The notes under the pieces are model-generated. The model saw nothing but the letters and a program-made list of their open reading frames with translations. It did not search any database and was not told the origin of the DNA. Position numbers and translations under genes: made by a program. A stretch of 64,000 nucleotides of DNA from Callorhinchus milii (Eukaryota): positions 43,092,001-43,156,000 of the forward strand of contig NW_024704742.1 of the NCBI RefSeq assembly GCF_018977255.1, in the 5' to 3' direction. Positions within the stretch are counted from its first letter, which is position 1, and each line of letters opens with the position of its first letter. This document shows, one piece after another, positions 1-11,562 of the stretch.

Positions 1-395
1 TCAAGCACGGTAATGGGTTTCCACATGTGTTAAGACACCCCATGGCTGACCAATTTTTTTTGTTGTACGCAGCAAAATCCCACACGCAACGAATATCAAC
101 CAAATTGATGGGATGAAATTCTCTTTTAATCTGACAGCTGTAATGATTCTAAATATGGACAAATATAACCTGGTACATCTTGGTCGTGAAACCATTGTAC
201 AAAATAATCCATAATTCAGGTTCACTTAGTTGGCTTCTGTATTACTCGATAAGTTGATTATACATCAATAATTATCTTTAAAGCACTTTGAAATAAGTTG
301 TTGTAAAAATGCAGATTTAATTTCCTAAATATTGGCAATATTATTCTGAATACCTTCAGAAAGCAGCAAGTAAACGTAACTGCTTCAATTTGAAT

Positions 396-414
396 TGGCC
401 ACCAGAGGGTGTTG
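396..414 (+). promoter_or_regulatory. CTCF-like binding motif
   Basis: TGGCCACCAGAGGGTGTTG closely matches the CTCF core consensus TGGCCACCAGGGGGCGCTA. It lies in non-repeat sequence. Confidence 0.5.
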
Positions 415-699
415 CAGTACACAGGCACAGCAGTTCATTGCACCATACATTCTTTTAAAATGTTCATTTATTTGTGCTTTGCTACGCTTTTTAGGCATGC
501 TTTATTTTTTCATTGTTTTCCGTCTTTATATTTCCTCTGGCCAACTTTCATCATTTTACTGGTTGACAGATTTAGTTGCTAGATCTTCACAATGCCACTC
601 TCAGTTTAACGTGTTCTCGGATTTTTTTGCTCCATCCTCTGGAGAGGTAAATTGCAACATTTCTGCTGTTTCCTCTAATGGCAGAGCTGTTCTTTGGTA

Positions 700-1095
700 A
701 TACAACAACAATCTTTCCATTTGATATAGGACCTATCACACCAAAACAATTCACAAGGAATTTCTGTAAACTGCAGTGATTGTGTGTATTTATAGGTGAC
801 TGCAGCAGGCAAACTGCACACAGTAACACCCCACAAACAACCATGAAATGAATGATCAATGGAGGATTGATTGTTGGCCAGGGTAAACTCCCCTGCCTTT
901 TCAATGAGTGTAATGGAATTTTTAACATCCACAAGAATAGGTAGAGAGCACTGTGGTTTAATGTCTCATCCTTACGATGGCACCTCTATACTAAATATCA
1001 GCCTGGGCTATGAATTCAACACCCAAACGTAGCGCATGAACCCTCAATCTTCTGACCCAGAAGCGAGAGTGCTACCAGCTGAACCAGGCTGATGC
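700..1095 (-). mobile_element. Old tRNA-headed DeuSINE (SacSINE1/AmnSINE-type), near full length
   Basis: The reverse strand reads TCAGCCTGGTTCAGCTGGTAGCACTCTCGCTTCTGGGTCAGAAG (head), then GAGGTGCCATC...GGATGAGACATTAAACC, the Deu core GGTTGTTTGTGGGG...CTGTGTGCAG, and an L2-like tail ending in (GTT)n. Confidence 0.8.
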
Positions 1096-1379
1096 CCTGG
1101 TATGATAGGCATTCACTACAGCGTGCAACATGATGACAGCAAATATCTCAAGAGCTACAAGCTTTGGTGGAAATTTCACATATCTTCTATCTTCGTTAGC
1201 ATTGTGGTCCCATCAGCTGACTGAGACCACCCAGCTCTCATGTTCATTTTGTGTGCATGTTGACATGGGCATACTGATCATATGCTTTCTGAAAGAGTTT
1301 CTGCTTCATAATTTTGATCACTATATCCTGGAATCAACCTCATTGCTCTTCTCTAACTCCTCCTCAGCATTTCAATTGT

Positions 1380-1727
1380 GTCTGTTTGGCTCAGTTGGTA
1401 GCCATTGAGTGAGAAGATTTTGTGTCCAAGCTTTATGTACTTGAGCTCATACATACTCTAAATACAAAACTGGAGGAGTGCTGCATTATCACAAATATCA
1501 TATTTTAGGTTAAATGTTAAACCAAGATCTTTTCTGCCTTAAAGTGAACTCCTTCAGATTAATTGAGTCATTCACTTCATAGCTGTTTGTGAGATATTGC
1601 TGCTGTAAATAAATAGCTGCTCCACTTGCTTACACTTGACTACACTTGACTGTAATTACTTTTGAAACATTTTGAGATTTTTTCCACATGATAAAGTACT
1701 ATAAAATTTACAAGTTCTTTCTTTCTT
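1380..1727 (+). mobile_element. Old DeuSINE, degraded
   Basis: Head GGCTCAGTTGGTAGC, body GGAGTGCTGCATT, Deu core GCTGTTTGTGAGATATTGCTG, tail ending CAAGTTCTTTCTTTC. Confidence 0.65.
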
Positions 1728-2325
1728 CAATGTTCTATTGAAAATAGGGTGGCCAAAGTTGCATCCACTTTTTCAGATATTGTCTCATCAGTGATCTATT
1801 CAAGGATAGAATATAAAAATAAAACACCAGAAACATATGGTTGCTTCTGCTATATTAGGCATTCACTTGTGGATACTGGTAGTTTAACATTTAGATGTCC
1901 TTTGATATTTGATCCCTTCTTTATTTTAAATTTCTGGACACTTTTCCTCTACTAATCTTCTACTCCCTCTTCTAAGCGCAAAGTTAGGGAAATGTCAAGG
2001 TTTGACATTTACGCCCAGAGAGAGAGGACACAGATTGAAAACAGATGAACACCTGCAGAAACTGGTCAGCCCACAGACATGGGAGTTGGCATAAACATCC
2101 CCTCAGTGAAAGGGTTAATTTTAACTTGCGATGGTTGGTAATTAAGAGGATACTCCAGGGAAGGTTCAAAAGAATCATATTTGTAAGCATTATTTTAGTA
2201 TTTAGCAGCCCCTAAGGTGAAATATTACATTTTAAGTTACCTGAATAAGCTATTCCAGTTTTTACAGGCTGCTCATCTATCAGGAAGATTGCAGTCATTA
2301 GACACTTCCCATTCTCATTTTCACT

Positions 2326-2476
2326 ATGGCAACTGAAGATGATGTGGGTGTGCTGGATGCTAAGTCAGTCCTCCAGACACAGAGCAGAGTGCTGACTGAA
2401 AATAAAATTTATTATGAGAATATACTGCTTTCCCTGCAGGCAGTACTTTTGCACTTTCATGAGATGACTTACGCAG
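2326..2476 (+). CDS. Candidate coding exon, unknown product (MATEDDVGVLDAKSVLQTQSRVLTENKIYYENILLSLQAVLLHFHEMTYA)
   Basis: ATG in strong Kozak context (actATGG), 50 open codons, ending exactly at a perfect donor CAG|GTAAGT. A possible acceptor TTTTTACAG lies at 2267. No homology recognised, so it may be chance. Confidence 0.2.
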
Positions 2477-3359
2477 GTAAGTTTAAATTTAATTTTTGAC
2501 CTTAGGAACTGCCAGGTTCTATGAGGAGGCTCTCAAATATGATTTTTGTGAACCTTCCCTGAAGAATTATTTTTAATATAAGACGTGGTGCTGTTGTAAG
2601 CACAGCGTATATTTGGTCTTTTGTGTTTTGGACAGGTTTGATGACTATTTTATGGCTGCAAGTGTGTGTTCAAATGTTTCTCAACAAATCAATTTGCTTG
2701 ATTTAATGCTGAGGTCAGACGTTCTTGTGCTATGTTTTATTCACCCAGAACAACACAACATCTCATCGGCAGGGGTGGACTGGCTGTTTGGGAAATTTTC
2801 CAAGTCCCCCAGTGATTGATTCCCAAGTGCCGCAGTGATTGGCTCCTAATGCTTACTACCCCAGAGCCTAACATCTGTGTGAGTGACAGCTCAGACAGTC
2901 AATCATTGCCCAGAATCCGCTCTCCTCAATGAGTGACAGCTATGATAGCCATCCATTGTCTAGATCCACCCTGACAATGTTTGTAAATGCACAGATGATT
3001 TATCCTGAATTTGGAAAGTGGATCACAAGAAGTGCAGTACATCTTCACCCAGTTGGAGTTCACCATATTCAATCGACAGTAGGAGGGAATTACCAGGTAG
3101 TCTGGCTGAGGCCAACAAACTAGATTAATTTAAGAAACACTTGATGCTATAATGGGAAGATGGCAAGGTTTGTATATTGTAAGATTGAATCAAATGAGCC
3201 AAAGGGCTTTTTCATCCAAACCTATCTTGTGATTATCTTGGCTGCATATGGTTTCTGGCTGTGCCACTTCTCAAATTCCTGAATCTTCTCACGTACATCA
3301 TAATAAAAATATGAAAAAGCATTGGATGGAAAAACTGGACAGCCATTCAAAATCAGGCC

Positions 3360-3560
3360 AGACCTTATGAAGGGTTCCATTGGAACATTTTACCCATCTT
3401 GCTTGTTCACATATTGATCGACCCTCTGTGCATTTCCACCACTTTTCTGCTTTTATTTCAAATTTTCTTTTTATCTCCATTTAATGTTGGTGATCCATTA
3501 TAAAGTTTTGCGTTTTGAACAATTCTGATGACTAGTCCAAACCAAAAAAGGTTCACCCTC
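3360..3560 (+). repeat. Degenerate Penelope-like terminal-repeat remnants
   Basis: CTTATGAAGGGTTCC...GGAACATT...GACCCTCTGTGCATTTCCACCACTTTTCTGCTTTTATTTCA and a second TTCTGATGAC...GGTTCAC resemble, from memory, the chondrichthyan repeat CTGATGAAGGGTC..CGAAACGTTAAC..GACCTGCTGAGT..TCCAGCA..TTCTGTTTT. Confidence 0.4.
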
Positions 3561-3594
3561 AGCAAAACATAGAAGCAGGAAACAAAATGTCACA

Positions 3595-4200
3595 AACAAA
3601 AATAATCCTTGCATTTTGATTCAGTGTTTTCTCACATTGGAAGGATGTCTCAAAATGCTTCACATGATTTTCTGTAATATGCAGTGACTGTGTATTTTGT
3701 AGGCAAATGCAGCAGCCAATTTGTACACTGCAATATCCCACAAACAGCAATGAAATAAATGATCAGTTTTATTTGGAGAAATGTTGGCCTGGCACAGGGA
3801 GAAGCTCTGACATGGGATCTTTAACATCCACCTAAAACAAGCAGATTGGACCTCAGTTTAATATCTCATCCAAAGGACGACAGCTGCAGCAATGCAGGAC
3901 ACCCCATCACTGCATTGGAGAAGCAGCCTAGATTATATGAATTCAAAGCCATTTGTGAGGCATGTTAGTCATTTGGTGGATTGCTTTTTCGGGGGTGATA
4001 ATCACTTAACACAAAAAAATGATCATTCACTTCATGGTTGTTTGTGGGACACTGCTGTGTGCAATTGTGTGACACAATCAATCCACTTTACAATATATTC
4101 TGTGAAGCTCTTTGAGACGTCTCAATTACATGAGAGGTGCAATATCAAATGCAAGGATTATTATTATGAACCCCCACCTTCTGACTCCTAGCACACAAGT
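3595..4200 (-). mobile_element. Old DeuSINE interrupted by a plus-strand young-SINE 3' fragment (~4020-4167)
   Basis: AATAATCCTTGCATTT tail, GCAGCCAATTTGTACAC core and CATGGGATCTTTAACATCCACC body. The head resumes after the insert as GAACCCCCACCTTCTGACTC. Confidence 0.7.
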
Positions 4201-5058
4201 AGAAAACTTTTGCCAACACATTTTATTCCCCCAATCTTTATGTCATGTGTGAACACAAATTATTGATAATATATTCCCTAAAGGGTTCCTGACATTCAGA
4301 GATCATTGGTGTTTTGCTACTTCTTCACAATAATCCTTAATTTCTTTCCAGCACCCAAAGAAACCTAGAAAATAGCTACCTAATCAGTTTAAAGACACAG
4401 TTATTGATTTTTGGGGAATTATAAACACTGTATTATTAATTTGTTCCATAACCTCTACCATCCCTTCCTCTAAGGACATTATTAGAGCTATCAAGCTTCA
4501 ATACCAAGAGTAATTGTCTGCAGGTTATTTTAATGAAAAAGAAGCAATATTTTGGAAAGGGAAATGCTTTAAATTCTGACATTAATTTTGAAACAGAACC
4601 TTTACAGGTACGATTGTTTTACACAAATTGATAATAATCAACTGTCACTCATGATATTCCAGCAGAGAATATGTTGTCATTTGCAAACAGTCATCGCAAA
4701 ATACACCATGTGCATCACTGCTTCCATTAATTCTAGTTCAAAACATTTCTTGGGGAAATCCTTGCTTTTTTTCAGCAAAGATATAAATTTAAAATGATGA
4801 AAGTTGTACTATTCTGTAGCTGATTTCCCAATTGGAGCCAATTTTCATTAGAGTTTATTGTGATATACTTTTGGGCTATTGAGCCAAATCTAATATTATT
4901 GTGTTGCAATGCACAGATTTATAACGTTGGGAGGGAAGGTAGAAAATAAACTTAAATGAAAAGCTATGTTTTATACAGAGGGTTGCTGAATTCAACAGTA
5001 AAAAGGTGGTATGAAATTTCAACCAAACACAGGGTACTGCATCAATACATAAAGGACT

Positions 5059-5560
5059 TAAGAGCCATGGAGAGGTTTACCACAGATGACATCAGGGTAA
5101 AATAATAATAATTATAATCCTTGCATTTGATATAGTGCTTTTCGCATCTTCTCGACGTCTCAAAGTGCTTCACAGAATAGACTGTAAAGTGAACTGACCA
5201 TATATTAGATGGTTACAATAATATAATAAAAATTATTGCATTTGATGCAGTGTCTTTAATGTCAAAATGGCTCAAAGCACCTCACAGGTAATTGCTGTCA
5301 AGTGTAGTGTTTTTTGTGTGTGCCAATTTGTATCCAGCAAGGACCTACAAAAAGATCTATAAAGGTGGGAAGGCAAGTTAATTTATCTGAAGAAATGTTG
5401 GCCAGGATACCTAGAGAAACTCATTTCATTTTTCAAATTATATCATGGGATCTTTTATATCTCTCTAAACAGTCAGACAGGAACTAGGTTCAATGTTTTA
5501 TCCGAAGGAAGGCACCTCTGAGAATGTGGCAGAGAATCATTGTGAGCTCAAAGGACTTAG
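5059..5560 (-). mobile_element. Young-SINE 3' fragment followed by an old DeuSINE fragment
   Basis: ATAATCCTTGCATTTGATATAGTGCTTTTCGCATCTTCTCGACGTCTCAAAG matches the young SINE tail. Then CATGGGATCTTTTATATC...GGCACCTCTGAGAATG. Confidence 0.7.
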
Positions 5561-5960
5561 TTATAGTGATGGGGGATTGATATGAAAAACTGGGGCTCTT
5601 TGCATTAGAACTGAACAGGTTTAGGAGGACATCTAACAGAGGTTTTTCATAACTAAATGGTTTAGAGAGGATAGGTAGTGAAGAGTACTTCCATTGGTTG
5701 GTGAATCTGTAACATGGGGGCATAAGATGAGGATAATAATCCTCTGTTTCACACAGTGGTTTTCACACAAAGGGGTATGAGGACACGGAATGCTTTTCTA
5801 CAAGTGTTGATTGAAGCTACGGCCATCCTGGTATTTGAAAGGGTTTTGAATATGTATTTGGAGAGAAACAATATAAAAGGTTATAGAGGAGAGTGTGTTA
5901 TTGGGATCAGAGTACATAGCTCTCGGGGAAGAGCTAATATCAGCTAGGCTCAATAGACCA
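5560..5960 (+). mobile_element. Degraded CR1 LINE 3' fragment
   Basis: AAACTGGGGCTCTTTGCATTAGAA (KLGLFALE) and TTCACACAAAGGG...GGAATGC, homologous to the ORF2 C-terminus of the intact CR1 at 13.8-14.2 kb. Confidence 0.7.
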
Positions 5961-5964
5961 AATA

Positions 5965-6270
5965 TAATACAGTACAATTTACATTTATATAGTACTTTCA
6001 TGTCAGGAGGACATTTCAAAGCCCTTTACACAACTGACTGGGGACTCGTGCCAGGAGGTGGAGCTGAAAAGGATGTGGGAGTGGGTTATGACTGAAGGCT
6101 TGGTCAAAGGGGTAAGTCTTGAGCGGGGTTTGAATTTGGGGAGAAAGGGGTGAGCCAGAGGGATGGAGTTCCAGAAACCAGAGAAGAATGTCTGAAAGGT
6201 TGCCGAGATGACCTGCTTGTGTGCTGCAATTTCTAGGATGGGAAGTGGGGATTGCCAGGCTGACTAGCAC
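5965..6270 (-). mobile_element. L2 LINE 3' end fragment
   Basis: TTTACATTTATATAGTACTTTCATGTCAGGAGGACATTTC tail, followed by the purine-rich body shared with the other L2 copies. Confidence 0.65.
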
Positions 6271-6969
6271 GCTGTGCTGCTCAGCCTTTTTATATATAAT
6301 ATCTCTAGGTCATGAAGAAAAATGTCTTTATATTATTAAAAATGCAAGATGGGAATTTCCTCTTTGTAGATCTGTTTTGTAAATTATTTAGTGACTGACT
6401 GGAAAACTAATTTTCTGTCAAGGCATGTATTTAAATTTAACAGCAACTGGAAATGAATTTTAGTACCCACTCAGTCAATGAATAATTATTTAAAGAAGAA
6501 ATAGAATTATATGCATATATGGAGAGGATGTCCTCGCTGCTTGCAGTCACACAGGACACTCAGGGGTGCTCTAAGGTGAATCCTTATACTGACTTTCTCT
6601 CTCTCCCTTTGGAGAAACATGTGACCTGTGTCGGCTGACTGTACGTTAAGGTCAGGCCTGTGTTGCACTTGTAATTTATTTTTAAATCTGTGGTTGATGT
6701 AACAGGATCACTTGCTAGAATGTCTAATAGTGCTGCAGTATTACAATCCTTTACAAGCTATAGTTTTGCACAACTCACGGGGCATTATTGTTGAAATTAA
6801 CAAGAAGATAAAATGTTAAAGATAAGTGCACTCAAAGATAATTGTATTCAAAGACTATAAGATCACTTTTTGAGTCCAGGTGGCACTGGTGTTGCAACAT
6901 TTACTGGTGTTTGTAGCACAATGTTCTATTTTGGCATTCTCATTTTATTTTCACATCCAAGGTTGAAAG

Positions 6970-7290
6970 CTTTTTTCCCTCCTCCTCTACTGAATGCGTT
7001 GGTCTATGCTGGAATATTTCCACTGATTCTGGTGACCCTCAATGCCTCACCCAAGTAGGTGGGTCTGTCATTAATCTACTTGACCTTGAGGGAGAGGGAA
7101 ACATCAAAACTGAGCCCAATGCTGCCGTCATACAAAGTGGACACACACATACTTTCCAGTAGTGGGTCACAGGATAAGTGATCACAAGTGTTTAAACTGG
7201 CTGATTTTTCATCAGGGTTGCTGAGATCATGCCCCTACCCCAGATGATATGTCACTTCAGCAAGATACAGGTAATGAGACCTGGGAGCCC
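6970..7290 (-). mobile_element. MER131-like ancient SINE
   Basis: CCTCACCCAAGT...CTGAGCCCAAT...ACACACACATACTTTCCAGTAGTGGGTCACAGGATAAGTGATCA...CTGGCTGATTTTTC...ACCTGGGA is collinear with the reverse complement of MER131 as I recall it. Confidence 0.6.
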
Positions 7291-7314
7291 TCACTCTTGG
7301 AACAGCCTTTCCTT

Positions 7315-7760
7315 ATAAGAATATAAGAAAGCTTGTGACCAAAAAAGGTTCTTTTTTTGGTTCATGTCCAGCCACTCCATCTAAACATCCCTGACCCACA
7401 TCACATAGTCACATTTAACCTTCCTTTTTTCCTTAAACCCCAACTCTTAACTTTTTTCCCTTAATTTATGACTTATTGTTACTGACTTGCTGATCAGGGG
7501 GAAATAATTTCTCTCTAATTATCCTATCAACATTATTCAGAATTTCCTTCTACCAGTCGTCCCATCTTCTCTGCTGCAGCAAACGCAGTCCAACTTGCCA
7601 ATCTTTCCTCACAACTACGACCTCTCATCGCCGGTATCATCCTAGTGAATCTCTGCTGTATCCTCTCCGTGGCTGTGATATCCTCTCTGTAATGGAATGC
7701 CCAACACTGAATGCTACAATCCCAACTACAACTTAATGTTGGTACAAATAATGTGCTCCC
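7315..7760 (-). mobile_element. Degraded CR1 3' fragment
   Basis: ORF 7533-7763 contains IQCWAFHYREDITATERIQQRFTRMIP, matching the CR1 motif VQFWSPHLRKDV.ALE.VQRRFTRL.P. An ATAAGA-type tail is at 7315. Confidence 0.75.
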
Positions 7761-8319
7761 CATTTCTTCCCCCAGAATGATTTAAGTCATGGCTCATTGT
7801 GGAAAATGTTGAAGCAGAGCATGACAAATGTATGCTAATAAAACTTTAACTCAGCAAAAATGATATGCTATAGAATAAAAGCTTGTGAGTGTATTTACAA
7901 GGTCTAGTGATTTTGTTGTTGAAGGAAGCCATTAATAACTGTCTTATTTTAGCACAGTAAAAGTAAGTATGTGCTGTTCTGTAGCGAGTAAAATTTTTGT
8001 GCAGATTTTCTAATAACAAATTGTATTGCAGGATCTATCTTTTTGCAAACTCAGCTGAAATTCTTTTGACTAATGCAAGAAGGTTCGAGAATCAACTATC
8101 AGAATTAGTAATAGGGAACAGAAAATAGCATAAAATAGGGTATAATACAATTTACATTTATAAGGCACCATTCATATCGGGAGGACATCCCACAGTACTG
8201 GATGGGTACCCAAACTATGAATGGGAACCGAGGGGAGTGGGGAGGGGAAAGATGACAAAAGAGTTACATTTACCTTTGAGGGTAGGAGCAGAAGATCGGC
8301 AAGAGGTAGAGTGAAGAGG

Positions 8320-8620
8320 GCAGAGAATTTTTCTAGAGACAGAATGCTAAGCTTTGTAAGAGACTGTCATTATTGGTAAAGGAGGATGTTATCAAAAGTA
8401 TGAATAAAACAGCAATGGCAGGAACTATTTGTGTAAAAATTAACAATGATAATAACAGACAACTGCCATCAAAACCAACGCAGGATGCACAGCTAATTAG
8501 CAAAATCATTACACGAGTAAGAGAGCTTACAGAGAGCCATCCTGTTATAACTGTGCAAGATCTCAGTATCCCAAAGGTAAAGCTGGAATATAGTGGTCAA
8601 TTGAAAGGACGGATAAAAGC
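8320..8620 (+). mobile_element. Highly decayed CR1 APE-endonuclease fragment
   Basis: ORF 8373-8639 TICVKINNDN...VITVQDLSIPKV parallels ETIWVEIKNNK...AIIVGDFNLHIDW of the CR1 at 15.6-16.7 kb. Confidence 0.4.
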
Positions 8621-9322
8621 ACAACCAATTTCACCATGATATTCCATGCTTGTTTCCTTACACAAATATGAGGCGTGGTATTTGAATAGATGCTATATTG
8701 GATTATTATTAGACAGCTCAGCAGAAAAGGATTAGCAAACTGGAAATGAGTGAACATTTAAGGCCCATTTCCACAGCATGTTAGCATCAATATGAAGAAA
8801 TTATGTTATATCAATGCTGAAAATGCAGTATAAATCTGTTTTGCAGCTACCAAGCTGAATGCAATTCTCATTTCATGTCAGCTGGTGAAACCCGCTTTAG
8901 AAGGAAGTTTCGGAAGAAAAGCAATTTGCACTGCTGCAGTATAAATGCAAATGTGGTAAGTCGATTTTGAAGCTCTACTTCCATGTCAGTCTTTCAGCAA
9001 TCACCAGTAATGCTTTATAAATTTTAAATAAAATTGTAAGTCCAATCTTCCACATGTGCAAGATCTAACATCCTTACATCACCACAACACAGTCAGATTG
9101 CCACATGAGTGGGATCCTCCAAATCTTTGCTGTGTATATCCAGTGCGAATCCACTCATCATCATTTCCAGCAACATAAGTGGAGCATTGGGCTTTGGTGA
9201 TCAGTAGATATTTTTTAAGGACCCTCACAATTCCTCATTGTTTTATTTTAATGCAAAAAATATTATGTTGTGATTAATGTTGCTATTTGATGTCTTGACT
9301 CCAAAATGAAGGCAATGGTAAG

Positions 9323-9544
9323 AGGCCTGAAATTCCATCTTTAAGTCTTTGTAAGAATATTTTGTCTTAACATTTTTAGATTGCACACAATTGTGGAAAA
9401 TTCTAAAAGTCAATCTTAACTTGGAGGTTGGTTTCTCCTAGTCCTTATAAAGGATTTATTTCCAAATTAAGATAGCTTTTAAAGAATTTTTCACAATTCT
9501 GTGTGATCTCAAACTTTAAGCCAAAATAGTGAAATTTTAGGCCT
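9323..9544. mobile_element. Palindromic MITE (PIF/Harbinger-like termini)
   Basis: Terminal inverted repeat AGGCCTGAAATTC / GAAATTTTAGGCCT, plus long internal inverted arms 9361-9425 vs 9461-9526. A second partial copy lies at 19672-19770. Confidence 0.7.
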
Positions 9545-10023
9545 AGTGTTCGGACATAACGAGAGCAAAATAGAGTGTTTTTAGTAGCACTAAAAAGAAC
9601 ACAAGAAAACAGAGCCATATATTTAATGAAGGAATAAGAGAACTAAAGACATCAACTAGTCCACGGGTTGTACTCCTCCTCCTCAAGTTTGATCACAGTG
9701 GTTGAGTCTAAAACAGGCTACAGCACACATTGGACTAATAGTCTGTATTGGAATGTCAGTAATGGAACATTAGCTTAACTAAAAAAACAGAATAAAGCTA
9801 ATATCTTGCTATCCAGCAGTCCAATCTTTGGGCAGGTTTGGGTCCAACTATTGCAAAGGAATCCAATGAAATCTAGTCAAATCTAGTCAAATTGAATCAA
9901 GCTACTGGAGGATTAATAGGATATTTCAATTGCAAATTGTTCCGGAGAGGAATCCTGAGATTTATTTTTAGTACTGTATAAACAGTGTTGAGATTTAGAT
10001 TTATTCTGTTATGTCGTTGCTAT

Positions 10024-10268
10024 ACTAACCTGGTTGGTGCAAGAGAGATGCATTAAATATCATCTCACGTGATACTGCGAAGTTACACTGGCCACGTGTA
10101 ATCAGTGCTCTGGGTTTTCTTCAAACCCGAGTACTTCTACACGTACTGAGGCATGTATGCAACATGTGATGTAATACACATGACAAAACTTTCAGAGGAA
10201 GCTGAAGCATTCATTTTGCACAGCTCACATAGCCTGGCCATGAAACAATTATATTTACTTATTAGGGA
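10024..10268 (+). repeat. Diverged direct repeat, copy 1 (pairs with 11029-11298)
   Basis: Shared blocks in the same order: ACTAACCTG..TGGTGCAA, ATCAGTGCTCTGG, CACGTACTGA, CATGTATG..CATGTGA, TTCAGAGG, GAAGCAT, CAGCTCACA.AGCCTGGC. Confidence 0.85.
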
Positions 10269-10714
10269 ATCCTATACTGGCCCAGGCATTGGTCTTGTGC
10301 CAGTAGATATATATGTGGCAGTGTCATGAGATTGATGTGATGCTGTCCATTGCATTCCAGACCAATGTGTCATCTCCATTTGTTACATTGGAGCTGACAG
10401 ATTGTTGCTCTACTGCCAGAGCACCACCTTGGGTGGGATTCGGTGATACCTTATTATTATTTTACCACCTAATTTATCTAGATACAGATGTAAAGGTGTC
10501 ATGAAAATTAAAATAACAGGGGAATCAAGAGAGGAACTATATAGATTTTTGTTTCCTTATAGTTCCCTCTCCTTTCCCCTCCTAAGGCAGAAATACATTC
10601 TAATTTCTAACTCCTAATTTCAGTGATTTAATGGTTTCACAATTTTACTGAAAATTCCAGGGATTTTGCAAAAACCCTGATTTCACAACCTTACTGTAAC
10701 ATATATATGCATGT

Positions 10715-10860
10715 GAGGACGGACACTGGATAGTCACGATTAGCAAAAACCTGGTGTGTTTTCCCTCTCTAATACAAGGAGCACTGAAGATTTTGTAGTA
10801 TCCCCAGAACAGTGACGGCTGAGACCAGCTAACTTAGCAAAGATGGGACTAAACCAAGTA
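10715..10860 (-). mobile_element. MER131-like SINE fragment
   Basis: CACTGGATAG...CCTGG..TGTTTTCCCTCTCTAA...GCACTGA...GGCTGAGACCAGCTAACTTAGCA. Confidence 0.6.
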
Positions 10861-11028
10861 TGTAATCCCTTTCATTCCTTGTTCTTAACACATGGCAGCC
10901 TAATTATCTGTATCTTAACTTGCCCTCTGTGGAAAGCTCAGGCACCCAAACTAGAGCTGCAATATCCAGAGTCACCACTCAGCAGGCAGGAAGCCTGTGA
11001 CCCTTAAAAATCACCTGGACCTGATTTG

Positions 11029-11298
11029 ACTAACCTGAATGGTGCAAATATATTAAATAATATCATGTCACCTGATATTTCAAGATTATGTTGGCCAGGT
11101 ATGATCAGTGCTCTGGCTTCCCTCAAATCCCGAGGAATTCTGCACGTACTGAATCCATGTATGTACCATGTGAAGATATACATATGTGCTTGTGAAAAGG
11201 AGGAGATGCCCAAATCTTCAGAGGGACTTGAAGCATCCAGTCAGTGTGTGCAGCTCACACAGCCTGGCTATCAACCCGTTATACTTGCTTAATAAGGA
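11029..11298 (+). repeat. Diverged direct repeat, copy 2
   Basis: Collinear with 10024-10268, with an internal insertion of about 25 bp. Confidence 0.85.
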
Positions 11299-11562
11299 TA
11301 TATATACTTTGCGGGTTTTGGAGGAGGTTGAGTGTTTCAACCTCACGCTCTAGGAGAGTGGTGTGGCAGATTCTAGTGTAATTGTCACAAATAAAATAAC
11401 GCGATAAGCGGTCAGAAATGCTTCAGTGATGTGGAGAAAACTATGAAGGAGAAAATTACATTCAGTAATCTCGCCAAGAGACCTCTAAAGCTAAAGTTAA
11501 TCTGATACTGTAATGGTAGAACAGCTCTTCAGCCTGAATTGCTTGAAAGGGGTGTCAGAGAC

